Below, piece by piece: positions 1 to 9,232 of a DNA stretch of 26,393 nucleotides. The notes below the pieces were generated by a model that saw nothing but the letters and a program-made list of their open reading frames with translations, made no database searches and had not been told where the DNA came from. Position 1 is the stretch's first letter. Each line of letters begins with the position of its first letter. This stretch comes from Bdellovibrionota bacterium (GTDB taxonomy: Bacteria > Bdellovibrionota_C > UBA2361 > JAAYZI01), in the NCBI GenBank assembly GCA_050950765.1, contig JBMNIF010000004.1, positions 1 through 26,393 of the forward strand, in the 5' to 3' direction. A program made the translations under genes and the position numbers.

Positions 1-293
1 GGGGAGGGGAGGAAGAGGTTCACCTTTTTTTTCCTCCTCCCTACCTCCCTAAGAAGAGAGAGGAGAGTGTTGCACAACTAAGGAAGTTCATAACTTTTCC
101 CCCTTCCTATCGAAAAAAACAGAGAAAAAATTAAATACTTATCCTCCTAACTTCTACGAAAATTACGTAATTATAAAGAGAAATTTTTTTTAGTAAAAAA
201 AGCTAAAGCTTCTTTTCTTTTATACCGAAGGATCTCACTGTGGGAGCGCGTGAGAGATAGATAAGGTTTTCTATAATTTTTTAAGGAGCCCAT

Positions 294-611
294 ATGGCTG
301 GTAGTAAAAAAGGTATTTACTCTAATCGTCGGGAATGCGGTGCGACAGCTGTTGAGTATGCTATTGGAGCTGCCTGCATCTTGGTTATAGTTGCTACAGG
401 GGTTGTCTCCTTAGGTAACTCCATAAAGGGTATCTTTTGTGCCATCGGCACAAAAGTTAGTGGCACTACCTCAGAGTTTTGTGCAGCAAGCTCTCCTTCT
501 ACCTCTCAGCCAGGATGTAGCGGAGGTTTACGTGACGAGAGCTGTGAAATAGTCGACGGCGATACTAGTAACGCCGAAGGTGATTATGATGAAGAGCCGT
601 GGTTTGAATAA
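294..611 (+). CDS. Flp/Fap (type IVb/Tad) pilin-like protein with extended Cys-rich, acidic C-terminus
   Basis: Prepilin motif G|ATAVEYA followed by hydrophobic helix (IGAACILVIVATGVVSLG); AAGGAG RBS upstream. Confidence 0.8.
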   Translation: MAGSKKGIYSNRRECGATAVEYAIGAACILVIVATGVVSLGNSIKGIFCAIGTKVSGTTSEFCAASSPSTSQPGCSGGLRDESCEIVDGDTSNAEGDYDEEPWFE

Positions 612-828
612 GCGAGAATAGATCATCAACTGCTCTAGCTAGTGTAACCTTCCTTCCCCAGCTTCAGAGTGAGGAGACTTTCTGATGTTTTTTTAAAAAA
701 ATTCTCCTTACATTTCACCATTAACTTTATTGATAGAGAAGTTAAGGTAAAAAACTTAGAAAAAACTCGGGAGTCAGAAAAAGGTTAACTCCCTTAATTA
801 AGAAAATCTTATTTTAATAGAGGAAAGT

Positions 829-1842
829 TTAGTGATCGGAGTGAGAGAAGATCAGATCGGCTATCGTTCTGCAAAGAGGATCTAGCCCCTGCCCTGAGAT
901 GCTGGAGATGGCAGAGGCGGGGATGTTTAACTTTTTAAACTCTAAAATTGCACCCTCTACTATCTCTGAAGTTACCGCATCACATTTTGTCAACACAACG
1001 AGTTCGTGTCTTGAAGCGAGGTCTTCAGAGAATGCTGCTAACTCAAAACGGATAGAATTGTATGCGTCGATTAAAAGGGAGAAATCACCGTTTACTGCTG
1101 GAGTTATATCAATAAGGTGCACAAGAGCTTTGGTCCTCTCAACGTGCTTCAAAAACCTAATACCTAAGCCTTTCCCTCGATGCGCATCGGGGATAAGTCC
1201 TGGAATATCAGCTACAACAAAGGTGCGCTCTTCAAGTTTTACAACACCTAAGTTCGGAATAAGAGTTGTAAAGGGATAATCAGCGATCTTCGGCTTGGCA
1301 GCAGAGATGCGAGAAATTAAGGTCGATTTTCCAGCATTGGGAAGCCCGATCAATCCAACATCCGCGACAAGTTTAAGAGATAATAAAAAGGTGCCACCTT
1401 CGCCGAGCTCTCCTGGTTGAAAGTATTCGGGCGTTCTATTAGTAGCAGATTTAAAGGCGGCATTGCCCAACCCGCCACGTCCACCACGAGCAATAACGTA
1501 GCGTTGTCCTGCCTCCGAAAGATCAGCCAAGAGCTCTTCCGTTTCAGGGGTTAAGACCTGCGTTCCGACAGGAACCTTTATAATGAGATCAGAACCGGCA
1601 CGACCATCTTTACGTGCACCTTGACCTGGATCGCCGTTTTCAGCTTTCCATTTCGGCTTGTACTTAAAATCAAGAAGCGTCTGAATATTTTCATCCGCTA
1701 CCAAGATCACGGATCCACCGAGCCCGCCATTCCCACCATCGGGACCGCCATACGGTACATACTTCTCCCGACGGAAATGTTTACACCCGCTTCCTCCGTG
1801 ACCGGCCTGTACCTCTATGGTGGCTTCGTCGATGAACTTCAA
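829..1842 (-). CDS. obgE: GTPase ObgE/CgtA
   Basis: MKFIDEA N-terminus, Gly-rich Obg fold (GGPDGGNGG), G1 GLPNAGKS, YPFTT, DIPG; TTG start; downstream of rpmA. Confidence 0.97.
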   Translation of the reverse strand: MKFIDEATIEVQAGHGGSGCKHFRREKYVPYGGPDGGNGGLGGSVILVADENIQTLLDFKYKPKWKAENGDPGQGARKDGRAGSDLIIKVPVGTQVLTPETEELLADLSEAGQRYVIARGGRGGLGNAAFKSATNRTPEYFQPGELGEGGTFLLSLKLVADVGLIGLPNAGKSTLISRISAAKPKIADYPFTTLIPNLGVVKLEERTFVVADIPGLIPDAHRGKGLGIRFLKHVERTKALVHLIDITPAVNGDFSLLIDAYNSIRFELAAFSEDLASRHELVVLTKCDAVTSEIVEGAILEFKKLNIPASAISSISGQGLDPLCRTIADLIFSHSDH

Positions 1843-1856
1843 GTTAATAACTGCTG

Positions 1857-2147
1857 TTAATTACTCTCTTCGACTGCAGCCGTTTCAATGACTGTTTCTT
1901 TATGCGGAATTACGTTGATTACGTGACGGTGTCCTTTTTTGAATTCAACAACACCATCAGCTTTCGCGAAAAGGGTAAAGTCACTACCAACTCCGACGTT
2001 TAATCCTGGATGGAAGGTTGAGCCTCTTTGGCGTACTAAAATATTACCTGCGAGAACCTTTTCGCCACCATATTTTTTAACGCCGAGTCTTTTACCTATA
2101 CTATCGCGACCGTTACGAGAACTTCCTGCAGCTTTCTTATGAGCCAT
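1857..2147 (-). CDS. rpmA: 50S ribosomal protein L27
   Basis: [16 protein letters not shown]...GNILVRQRG signature; rplU-rpmA-obgE synteny. Confidence 0.98.
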   Translation of the reverse strand: MAHKKAAGSSRNGRDSIGKRLGVKKYGGEKVLAGNILVRQRGSTFHPGLNVGVGSDFTLFAKADGVVEFKKGHRHVINVIPHKETVIETAAVEESN

Positions 2148-2238
2148 CTCTACACCTTGTTGTAAGTTAGTAAATTAAATTAATAAATCAATAATTGTAA
2201 CAATCAAAAGTAAAGTACCACTAGCAAAGCGAGCACCA

Positions 2239-2574
2239 CTACTTAGTATTGATCCCTTCAACTAAAAGTTCAGTTAAATCTTGACGATGTCCGATCTTAC
2301 GGCAATAACCTTTACGACGACGACGTTTAAAGGCGACAACCTTTCTCCCTCTGCAGTCTCCAAGTACTTTGAAGTTGACCGTAGCACCTGGAACAAAAGG
2401 GGTGCCGATCGTAAGACCACCCGCACCATCTCCTACGGCGAGAACTTCATTAACTATAAACTCGGAACCGTCCTCATAACCGTTGATGCGGTTAATACGA
2501 ATTCTTTGACCGACACTGACGGTGTACTGTCTGCCACCAGCCTCGATTATTGCATATTGTGATTTTTCTTCCAT
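2239..2574 (-). CDS. rplU: 50S ribosomal protein L21
   Basis: YAIIEAGGRQY N-terminus, RRRKGY..KIGHRQ C-terminal motif; synteny. Confidence 0.96.
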   Translation of the reverse strand: MEEKSQYAIIEAGGRQYTVSVGQRIRINRINGYEDGSEFIVNEVLAVGDGAGGLTIGTPFVPGATVNFKVLGDCRGRKVVAFKRRRRKGYCRKIGHRQDLTELLVEGINTK

Positions 2575-2911
2575 GACCGACTACTCTTTTTTCAACTGCA
2601 ATCAACAATTGCAGTAAGTTACAGTATAAACAGAAATTACGTTATAAATAAAAAATAGAAAGACTGTGCGATTCAAGACCGTAACACAGTATATCCAAGC
2701 TACGAGGGGGAAGGATATAATCAAATGAGGTAAAAGATCAATGCTTTTAGGGTAATTATATTACGTAAGGGGGTTGTAAATATCGATGGTTTCAGGAAAA
2801 AATATTTTTTGGTATGCTTTTAGTGTGGGAAGGGTCGCCTAAGCTTTTGTTAAGTCTCGATCTCTCTTTAGCTTAGTTGTCTATCTGTGTAATTTAATTT
2901 TAAGGGCATTT

Positions 2912-3604
2912 GTGATGAACGATAAAACCTTCTTAATCGGTATTATCGACGATGATGAGGCTGTCTCCAGAAGTCTTGCTCTAAATTTAGAGCTCGAAAA
3001 GTTTAAAGTTGTTACTGCTCCCGACGGAGAAGCTGGTTTGGATCTGGTTAGAGATAAAAAACCGGATTTAATAGTCCTAGATGTTATGATGCCTAAAAAA
3101 GACGGGTTGCAGGTTTGTAGAGAGCTCCGTAATGAAGGGAATTCAATCCCGATAATTCTTTTAACTGCACGGAGTGAAGAGGTTGATAAGGTGCTTGGAT
3201 TGGAGTTAGGGGCGGATGATTACTTAGAAAAACCTTTCGGAATTAGGGAATTAATCGCTAGGATCCGAGCTGTTTTGCGTAGAACACACCGTGACGTGAC
3301 GGTTGATTCTGTGAGTTTTGGTGATGTTTTAATAGATTTTAAAGCCTATAAGGCGCAAAAAGCTGAAGAAACAGTGGAGCTTTCGGCAAGAGAGTACCGC
3401 TTGTTACAATACCTTGTTGCTAAAAATGGCAATGTAGCGACACGAGATGAGTTGCTGGATGAGGTTTGGGGGTATAATTCCTATCCTTCAACGCGTACCG
3501 TTGATAATCATATTGCTAAATTGAGGCAGAAGATAGAAGTTGATGTTAATCAACCACGCCATATTTTGACAGTGCACGGGGTGGGGTATAAATTCGTAGC
3601 GTAA
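2912..3604 (+). CDS. OmpR/PhoB-family response regulator
   Basis: REC domain (IIDDD, LDVMMP, LTAR, GADDYLEKPF) plus winged helix (RTVDNHIAKLRQKIE, TVHGVGYKF). Confidence 0.95.
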   Translation: MMNDKTFLIGIIDDDEAVSRSLALNLELEKFKVVTAPDGEAGLDLVRDKKPDLIVLDVMMPKKDGLQVCRELRNEGNSIPIILLTARSEEVDKVLGLELGADDYLEKPFGIRELIARIRAVLRRTHRDVTVDSVSFGDVLIDFKAYKAQKAEETVELSAREYRLLQYLVAKNGNVATRDELLDEVWGYNSYPSTRTVDNHIAKLRQKIEVDVNQPRHILTVHGVGYKFVA

Positions 3605-3818
3605 CGAGGATTACGAAAAAATATTAGAAAAAACTGCATAATTGCTACATATTGTTGTATAATGAGGTGAATATATCTCGTGTTGATGTGTATACAGTGG
3701 TAGATTGCTTTTATTTTTTAAGAAAAAAGTCCCAATTATTTATTTTATCTCACTTTCGGTCGATATGTTGCCATGTCGGTATCGCGTGGTGATGTCTCCG
3801 AATTATTAAGGGGGGAAA

Positions 3819-4601
3819 ATGTTTAGAAGTTTGTTTAAAATATTCATTCTTGCAGCTTGTTTGCTAAGTATCTGTGTATCTGTTCAAGCTGAAGATTCAA
3901 ATAATGTGTATCCGTATGTGATTAACGGAGAGCGCGCACCCGCTAGGAGAGCCCCGATAGCCAAAATTACATGGACTACAAATATTGGTGGGAAAAAGTA
4001 TAAATACTTATGTTCAGGTACATTGATAGCTAAGAAGCAGGTCTTATCTGCTGCTCATTGTGTAACCGCTAAGCCCAAAAATTATAGAATTGTTCTCGGA
4101 GGAAAGACTTATAGATTACGTAGGATCAGAAAACATCCTAACTATGTAGCGAGACCTGGTGGCGGAAATGATGTTGCTATTTTTACCTTGCGTAATCCTG
4201 TTGCTGGGATTGCCCCGCAACCTATCGTCTCTCGTGATACTTATCCTGTCTCTATTGGAAATTTAATCGCAATTTATGGTTATGGAAAAACTGAAAAAGG
4301 AACAAGCGGAAGGTTGTACGGAGGCTTTTCAGTAGTTGGAGTCGTTTATGACGAATTTATAGGGTCATATTTTTATTCATACGATGTGTCTTCGGTCTGC
4401 TCTGGAGATTCCGGTGGTCCCGCCTTTTTAGTAGGCCTTGATGGAGCTGGGAAATATCAACCGATCGGTTTAGTTGGTGCCACCTCATGGGGAACAACAA
4501 ATACCTGCGGTATCGGTACGGAAACTTACTTTACTAACTTACAAACGCCGACTGTCTTCAACTTTATAAGGAAAAGGGTGCCTAAGGTTAAGGTGCGCTA
4601 A
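3819..4601 (+). CDS. Secreted S1 (trypsin/chymotrypsin-fold) serine protease
   Basis: Signal peptide ending VQA; catalytic motifs SAAHC, NDVA, GDSGGP; SWG. Confidence 0.92.
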   Translation: MFRSLFKIFILAACLLSICVSVQAEDSNNVYPYVINGERAPARRAPIAKITWTTNIGGKKYKYLCSGTLIAKKQVLSAAHCVTAKPKNYRIVLGGKTYRLRRIRKHPNYVARPGGGNDVAIFTLRNPVAGIAPQPIVSRDTYPVSIGNLIAIYGYGKTEKGTSGRLYGGFSVVGVVYDEFIGSYFYSYDVSSVCSGDSGGPAFLVGLDGAGKYQPIGLVGATSWGTTNTCGIGTETYFTNLQTPTVFNFIRKRVPKVKVR

Positions 4602-4762
4602 AAGTAAAAAAAACGCTAAACTAGAGTGTTTTTAGTGGGGAATTGCTCAATATCTTAATTTACGATCGCTGCTAAAAATATAAGGTAAAAAAACATTAAG
4701 TAAGATGTTTTTAGTGTTAGTGAGGGATTAACTCGAGATCCCTCATTTAATCGCTCCTAAAA
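4598..4762. repeat. Left part of ~80-bp degenerate tandem repeat (2 units, starting 4598 and 4672)
   Basis: Units of form CTAAAA..GTAAAAAAAC..TGTTTTTAGTG..ATCGCT(G/C); matches copies at 6528-6731. Confidence 0.85.
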
Positions 4763-4847
4763 CCTAAATTCCTGAGTTTCCATAGTATACCTAGTTAAAA
4801 AAGTCTGTAAAACAAGAGATTTTAAGCATTTATTTGATTTTAATCTC

Positions 4848-4895
4848 TTGCTTTTTTTCTTTTTGTATACTATAATGGTAGTATACAAGGAGGTG
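4848..4895 (+). promoter_or_regulatory. Sigma70-type promoter and RBS of the transposase
   Basis: TTGCTT (4848-4853), 17 bp, TATAAT (4871-4876); AGGAGGTG (4888-4895) before ATG 4901. Confidence 0.75.
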
Positions 4896-4900
4896 GTTTT

Positions 4901-6460
4901 ATGCCAAAAAAAATGGTTCCATTACCAAAAAAAAGAATAACTTATAAAAAAGGAAAGGGAGATACGAGGTACGTTTACTACACTCTCAGGGCTTATCGAA
5001 ACAAAAAAGGTCAGCCTACTTCAGATGAAAAAAGTATTGGGAAACTTGACAACGCAACGGGAATGCTCATCCCAAACAGGAACTATTATGATCTATTCCC
5101 AGAGCATGCTCCAGAGAAAATAGTCCAATCTGTTGGCTATATTTCGAGCTTTATGGAAATTGCTCAAAAGTTAAGTTTAACCAATCTCTTGGTAAATACT
5201 ATGGGTCAAGAGAGAGCAAAGGCGGCTCTCTCTTTAGCTTCTTATATGTTAAGTCAGGGCAATGTCATGATGGATTACCCTAATTGGGCGCAAAGTAATT
5301 ATCATGAAGACTTAATTCCCCTAAGTTCTCAAGCAATCAGTGAGTTCTTTGCTTCCATTACTGAGGAGGAGCGTATTCGTTTTTTTGAGAAATGGACAAA
5401 TTACAATAAAACAGATGGTTATGTCGCTTATGATGTCACATCCATCTCTTCTTATAGCAACGATATGCATTTGGTTGAATGGGGATATAATCGTGATGAT
5501 GACAATTTGGCTCAAATTAACTTAGGAATGTACTATGGAGAAGATGTAAGGTTGCCCTTATTTTACAAGATTTATCCTGGAAGTATCGTTGATAAATCTT
5601 ACTTTGAGTCAATCCTTGCCTACAGTCGGCACTTCGGTTTAAAGAACCTACGGATTGTTATAGATCAAGGGCTATTGTCTCCAAAGAACTTTAAGATGGT
5701 TTGCGATGCGGGCTACAAAGCATTATCCCTATTGTCAAAAAACTACAAGCTCTACAAAGAACTGATTGAGAAGACTATTAAGAAGCCTTTTTCTTCTAGG
5801 GAATTCATAAGCTCTGTTGATATTTATGCTAGGAGTTATACAGCAAACTATGAGGGCATTCCAGTTAAAGTCCACATGTACTACAACTCTGAAAAGGCTA
5901 GGTTGGATGAAAAAGCATTGTATGCTGACATTAAACGAAAAAAAGAGGCATTAGACTTAATCGTAAAACAAAAGAAGCTTAAACCAAGTCAAACTAAATA
6001 TTTCAAAATACATCAGGATGGAAAAGCCGATATTAGCTACGAGATGGACTATGATGCTATTGATGAATACAAATCAAAGCTTGGTTATTTTGCGCTCATA
6101 TCAACGGACATAAGTTTATCAGCTGAAGAAACCCTGACCATTTACCGTGAAAAAGATGTTATTGAAAAAGCATTTGACCAATTAAAAAATGGCATGGACT
6201 ATCGTCGTATGCGCACACATTATGTACAAACAACAGAAGGAAAAACATTTGTAGTCTTTATTAGCCTTATTGTGAGAAGCGTCATGCTTAAAAAGCTCAA
6301 AGAAGATGAAGAAACTTCAAACTTGACAATAAAACAAGCAATTAAGCAATTAGAAAACATATGCGAACTTCATTCTGAAGGGAAAAGAGATTTACTGACC
6401 ATATCCAAGATGCAAAGAAACATTTTAAAAGCCATAGGAGTGGAACAATTCAAAAAATAA
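4901..6460 (+). CDS. IS1634-family DDE transposase
   Basis: YDVTSISSYS, WGYNRD..L.QINLG, VIDQG, YREKDVIEKAFDQLKN (Y-2-R/K-3-E-6-K type) motifs; 519 aa. Confidence 0.92.
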   Translation: MPKKMVPLPKKRITYKKGKGDTRYVYYTLRAYRNKKGQPTSDEKSIGKLDNATGMLIPNRNYYDLFPEHAPEKIVQSVGYISSFMEIAQKLSLTNLLVNTMGQERAKAALSLASYMLSQGNVMMDYPNWAQSNYHEDLIPLSSQAISEFFASITEEERIRFFEKWTNYNKTDGYVAYDVTSISSYSNDMHLVEWGYNRDDDNLAQINLGMYYGEDVRLPLFYKIYPGSIVDKSYFESILAYSRHFGLKNLRIVIDQGLLSPKNFKMVCDAGYKALSLLSKNYKLYKELIEKTIKKPFSSREFISSVDIYARSYTANYEGIPVKVHMYYNSEKARLDEKALYADIKRKKEALDLIVKQKKLKPSQTKYFKIHQDGKADISYEMDYDAIDEYKSKLGYFALISTDISLSAEETLTIYREKDVIEKAFDQLKNGMDYRRMRTHYVQTTEGKTFVVFISLIVRSVMLKKLKEDEETSNLTIKQAIKQLENICELHSEGKRDLLTISKMQRNILKAIGVEQFKK

Positions 6461-6527
6461 AAATCGTATCATTACTACGAAGAATGAAGATGTAGGCACG
6501 TATACTATAATTTTACGGAAATTTAGG

Positions 6528-6731
6528 CTAAAAGTATTAGGTAAAAAAACGCTAAACTAGAGTGTTTTCAGTGGGGAATTGCTCAATATATTAATTTACC
6601 GATCGCTGCTAAAAGTATTAGGTAAAAAAACGCTAAATTGAAGTGTTTTTAGTGGGGATTACTTAATATCTTAATTTACGATCGCTCCTAAAAATATAAG
6701 GTAAAAGATATTTAATAAAATGTTTTTTACC
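6528..6731. repeat. Right part of ~80-bp tandem repeat (units starting 6528, 6609, partial 6688)
   Basis: 81- and 79-bp near-identical units CTAAAAGTATTAGGTAAAAAAACGCTAAA...GATCGCT. Confidence 0.9.
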
Positions 6732-6776
6732 TTTGTAGAGTTGTGCCGTAGCTTAGCTGTGTTACACTGCACAGCT

Positions 6777-8168
6777 ATGTATAATACAAAACTTTATTTT
6801 CATTTTGTCGGTATCGGTGGTGTCGGAATGTCGGGAATTGCGGAGATCTTAATAGATCTCGGATTTCGCATCTCCGGATCAGATCTTAAGTGTGGAGACT
6901 CCTGTAAAAGATTACAACGTTTAGGAGCCTTGATTAAGGAGGGGCATGCCGCTCAGAACTTACCTGAAGATTGTAGCCTCGTTGTTTATTCTTCTGCTGT
7001 GCAGCAAGACAATCCAGAATTGGTAGAAGCGAAACGGAGAGGTCTCCCAATTGTGCGCCGAGCTGAAGTTTTAGCAGAGTTGATGCGGCTTAAGTACGGC
7101 GTTGCCGTAGCTGGGTCTCACGGTAAAACCAGCACAACCGAGATGGTTGGTAACGTCTTAGAAGAGGGCGAGCTGGATCCTACGGTTATTATCGGGGGAC
7201 GTGTAAAATCAAAAGGAACGGGGAGTCGTTTCGGACACGGTAATTACCTCGTTGCTGAAAGTGATGAATCAGATCGTAGCTTTTTACTCTTAAAACCGAC
7301 CATAGCGATCGTGACTAACATTGATGCCGAACACCTTACGGCGTATCAATCGATATCGGATCTCGAACAATCCTTTGCTCAATTCGTGAACGCTACCCCT
7401 TTTTACGGTTTGGCGATTTTGTGTATCGATGATCAGAGGGTGCGATCTTTAGCGGTAAATTATGAGGGAAGGAAGGTGTGTTATGGCTTCTCTCTTGATG
7501 CGGATTTAAGAGCGGAAAATATTGAGTTTGATAAATGGAGCACCTCTTATGATGTGATCTTTCACTCGGAAAAGATTGCGCATGTGAAGTTACACCTCCC
7601 CGGTAAACATTTTGTATTAAACTCTCTGGCAGCGTTTGCTACGGGGCTTGAGTTCGGTGTGCCTGTACAGAAAATAGTTACCGCTTTGGAAAAGGTGCAG
7701 GGTGTGCAACGACGCTTGGAGAAGATCGGAGTTGAAAGTGGTGTGACAGTTATTAGCGATTATGCGCATCATCCGACAGAGATAAAGGCGAGTTTAAAGG
7801 CGTTGCGTGAAGGGTGGGGAAGTGACGTTAGGAAGATACATGTTGTCTTTGAACCGCACCGCTATTCGCGCTTACGCGATTGTTTTATCGAATTTATTGA
7901 TGCTTTTACTGATTGTGACAGATTGATAGTTACTGATGTTTATGCTGCAGGAGAAGAGCCATTAGAAGGGGTTTCTGCGGAAAGTTTGTGTAGTGCTATC
8001 TCAAGACCGTTACAACGTCACTACATCCCACACTTTCAAGGTGTCATGCCTGTGCTAAAAGAAGATTTAAGCGCAGGAGATATCGTTGTTTGCATGGGAG
8101 CGGGGGCGGTTGGTGCTTATGCCTACGATGTGTTGGAGATGCTAAAACTTAAGGATAGGGCTGCTTAG
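6777..8168 (+). CDS. murC: UDP-N-acetylmuramate--L-alanine ligase
   Basis: HFVGIGGVGMSG, GSHGKTSTT, AESDESD, DYAHHPTE, FEPHRYSR; ATG 6777 preferred over 6720, which lies in the repeat. Confidence 0.97.
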   Translation: MYNTKLYFHFVGIGGVGMSGIAEILIDLGFRISGSDLKCGDSCKRLQRLGALIKEGHAAQNLPEDCSLVVYSSAVQQDNPELVEAKRRGLPIVRRAEVLAELMRLKYGVAVAGSHGKTSTTEMVGNVLEEGELDPTVIIGGRVKSKGTGSRFGHGNYLVAESDESDRSFLLLKPTIAIVTNIDAEHLTAYQSISDLEQSFAQFVNATPFYGLAILCIDDQRVRSLAVNYEGRKVCYGFSLDADLRAENIEFDKWSTSYDVIFHSEKIAHVKLHLPGKHFVLNSLAAFATGLEFGVPVQKIVTALEKVQGVQRRLEKIGVESGVTVISDYAHHPTEIKASLKALREGWGSDVRKIHVVFEPHRYSRLRDCFIEFIDAFTDCDRLIVTDVYAAGEEPLEGVSAESLCSAISRPLQRHYIPHFQGVMPVLKEDLSAGDIVVCMGAGAVGAYAYDVLEMLKLKDRAA

Positions 8169-9064
8169 TGTCGAATGAGAGGGGTGCTGAAACCGTTTTA
8201 AATCTTAAGATCGATAAGGTTCTCGGATCTGATTGCAGTACTTTCGCTATCGGTGGAGTTTTAGAGAGCCTCGTCACCGTTGAATCAGAGGCAGATCTAG
8301 CGGCGTTTCTCTCTTATTCTTTTTACAATAAACTTTCTTATGGCGTGCTTGGAAACGGTAGTAATATCCTCTTTCCTGATGCGGGTCTGCACTACCCGTT
8401 AATCAAGCTAGGAGGAGGATTTTCGTACGTTTCAGAGATCGGAGCAGATGAGTTTGAGGTTGGCGCAGGGTATAGCTTGATAGCGCTTTCTGCTAAACTT
8501 TCAAAGGTGGGATTTAGCGGCTTAGAGTTTGCGTGTGGCATTCCTGCTTCTGTTGGTGGTGGTGTTTTTATGAATGCAGGGGCTTTTGGCGGCTCCCTCT
8601 CTGATATTATTTTGTGGGTGGATATAATTGAAGCAACGGGAGAGAAACGACGTCTTGCCCCTTCTGAAATGCAATTTGCTTATCGTAGATCGGTTATCCC
8701 TACTGGAAGTGTGATAATAGCGGTTGGAATAAAATTAAAGAAAGATGATCGTGATCAGATAGAGGCGCGACGTTTAAATTTTATGAGTGAAAGAAGGGCT
8801 AAGCAGCCCCTTGAATACCCCTCTGCTGGTTCTATTTTTAAAAATCCTGCTGGTGAAAAGTCCGCAGGTTATCTGTTGGAAGAGGTGCATTTAAAGGGAT
8901 ATACTGTAGGTGGTGCTATGTTTTCTGAAAAACATGCTAACTGGATCGTAAATATTAACAGGGAAGCCACAGCTGCTGATGTTAAAGCGTTAATTTTAGA
9001 AGCACAAAAGCGAGTGCGTGCTGCTTGTGGTATTGAACTAAAAACGGAGCTAAAGATCTTATAA
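8168..9064 (+). CDS. murB: UDP-N-acetylenolpyruvoylglucosamine reductase
   Basis: LGNGSN, GIPASVGG..MNAGAFG, QPLEYPSAGSIFKNP, HANWIVN; TAGTG overlap with murC. Confidence 0.96.
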   Translation: MSNERGAETVLNLKIDKVLGSDCSTFAIGGVLESLVTVESEADLAAFLSYSFYNKLSYGVLGNGSNILFPDAGLHYPLIKLGGGFSYVSEIGADEFEVGAGYSLIALSAKLSKVGFSGLEFACGIPASVGGGVFMNAGAFGGSLSDIILWVDIIEATGEKRRLAPSEMQFAYRRSVIPTGSVIIAVGIKLKKDDRDQIEARRLNFMSERRAKQPLEYPSAGSIFKNPAGEKSAGYLLEEVHLKGYTVGGAMFSEKHANWIVNINREATAADVKALILEAQKRVRAACGIELKTELKIL

Positions 9065-9232
9065 TTAAGTTCTCTCCCTGTGTGTTTATTTGATGTGAAG
9101 TTGTAACACGGATCTAGATGCCTACTCTTCTTTGTAATCTTTATAAAAAAAAGAGGATAAATTTTTATATTATTTCCTATTTGATGTAAAAAGTGGGTGT
9201 TCCTTTTTATATTGTGATGTTAAAGTCTAAGA

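Larger units (their letters stand above)
4763..6527 (+). mobile_element. Complete IS1634-family insertion sequence (1765 bp)
   Basis: 28-bp imperfect terminal IRs (4763-4790 CCTAAATTCCTGAGTTTCCATAGTATAC; reverse complement of 6500-6527 CCTAAATTTCCGTAAAATTATAGTATAC); 6-bp direct repeat CTAAAA at 4757-4762 and 6528-6533; single transposase. Confidence 0.92.

Noticed and set aside
1..70. Purine/pyrimidine-rich imperfect inverted repeat at window start
   Set aside because: Low complexity and truncated by the window edge; no function can be supported
6720..6776. Longer N-terminus of MurC from ATG 6720
   Set aside because: Start lies in the tandem repeat; homology begins at MYNTKLYFHFVGIGG
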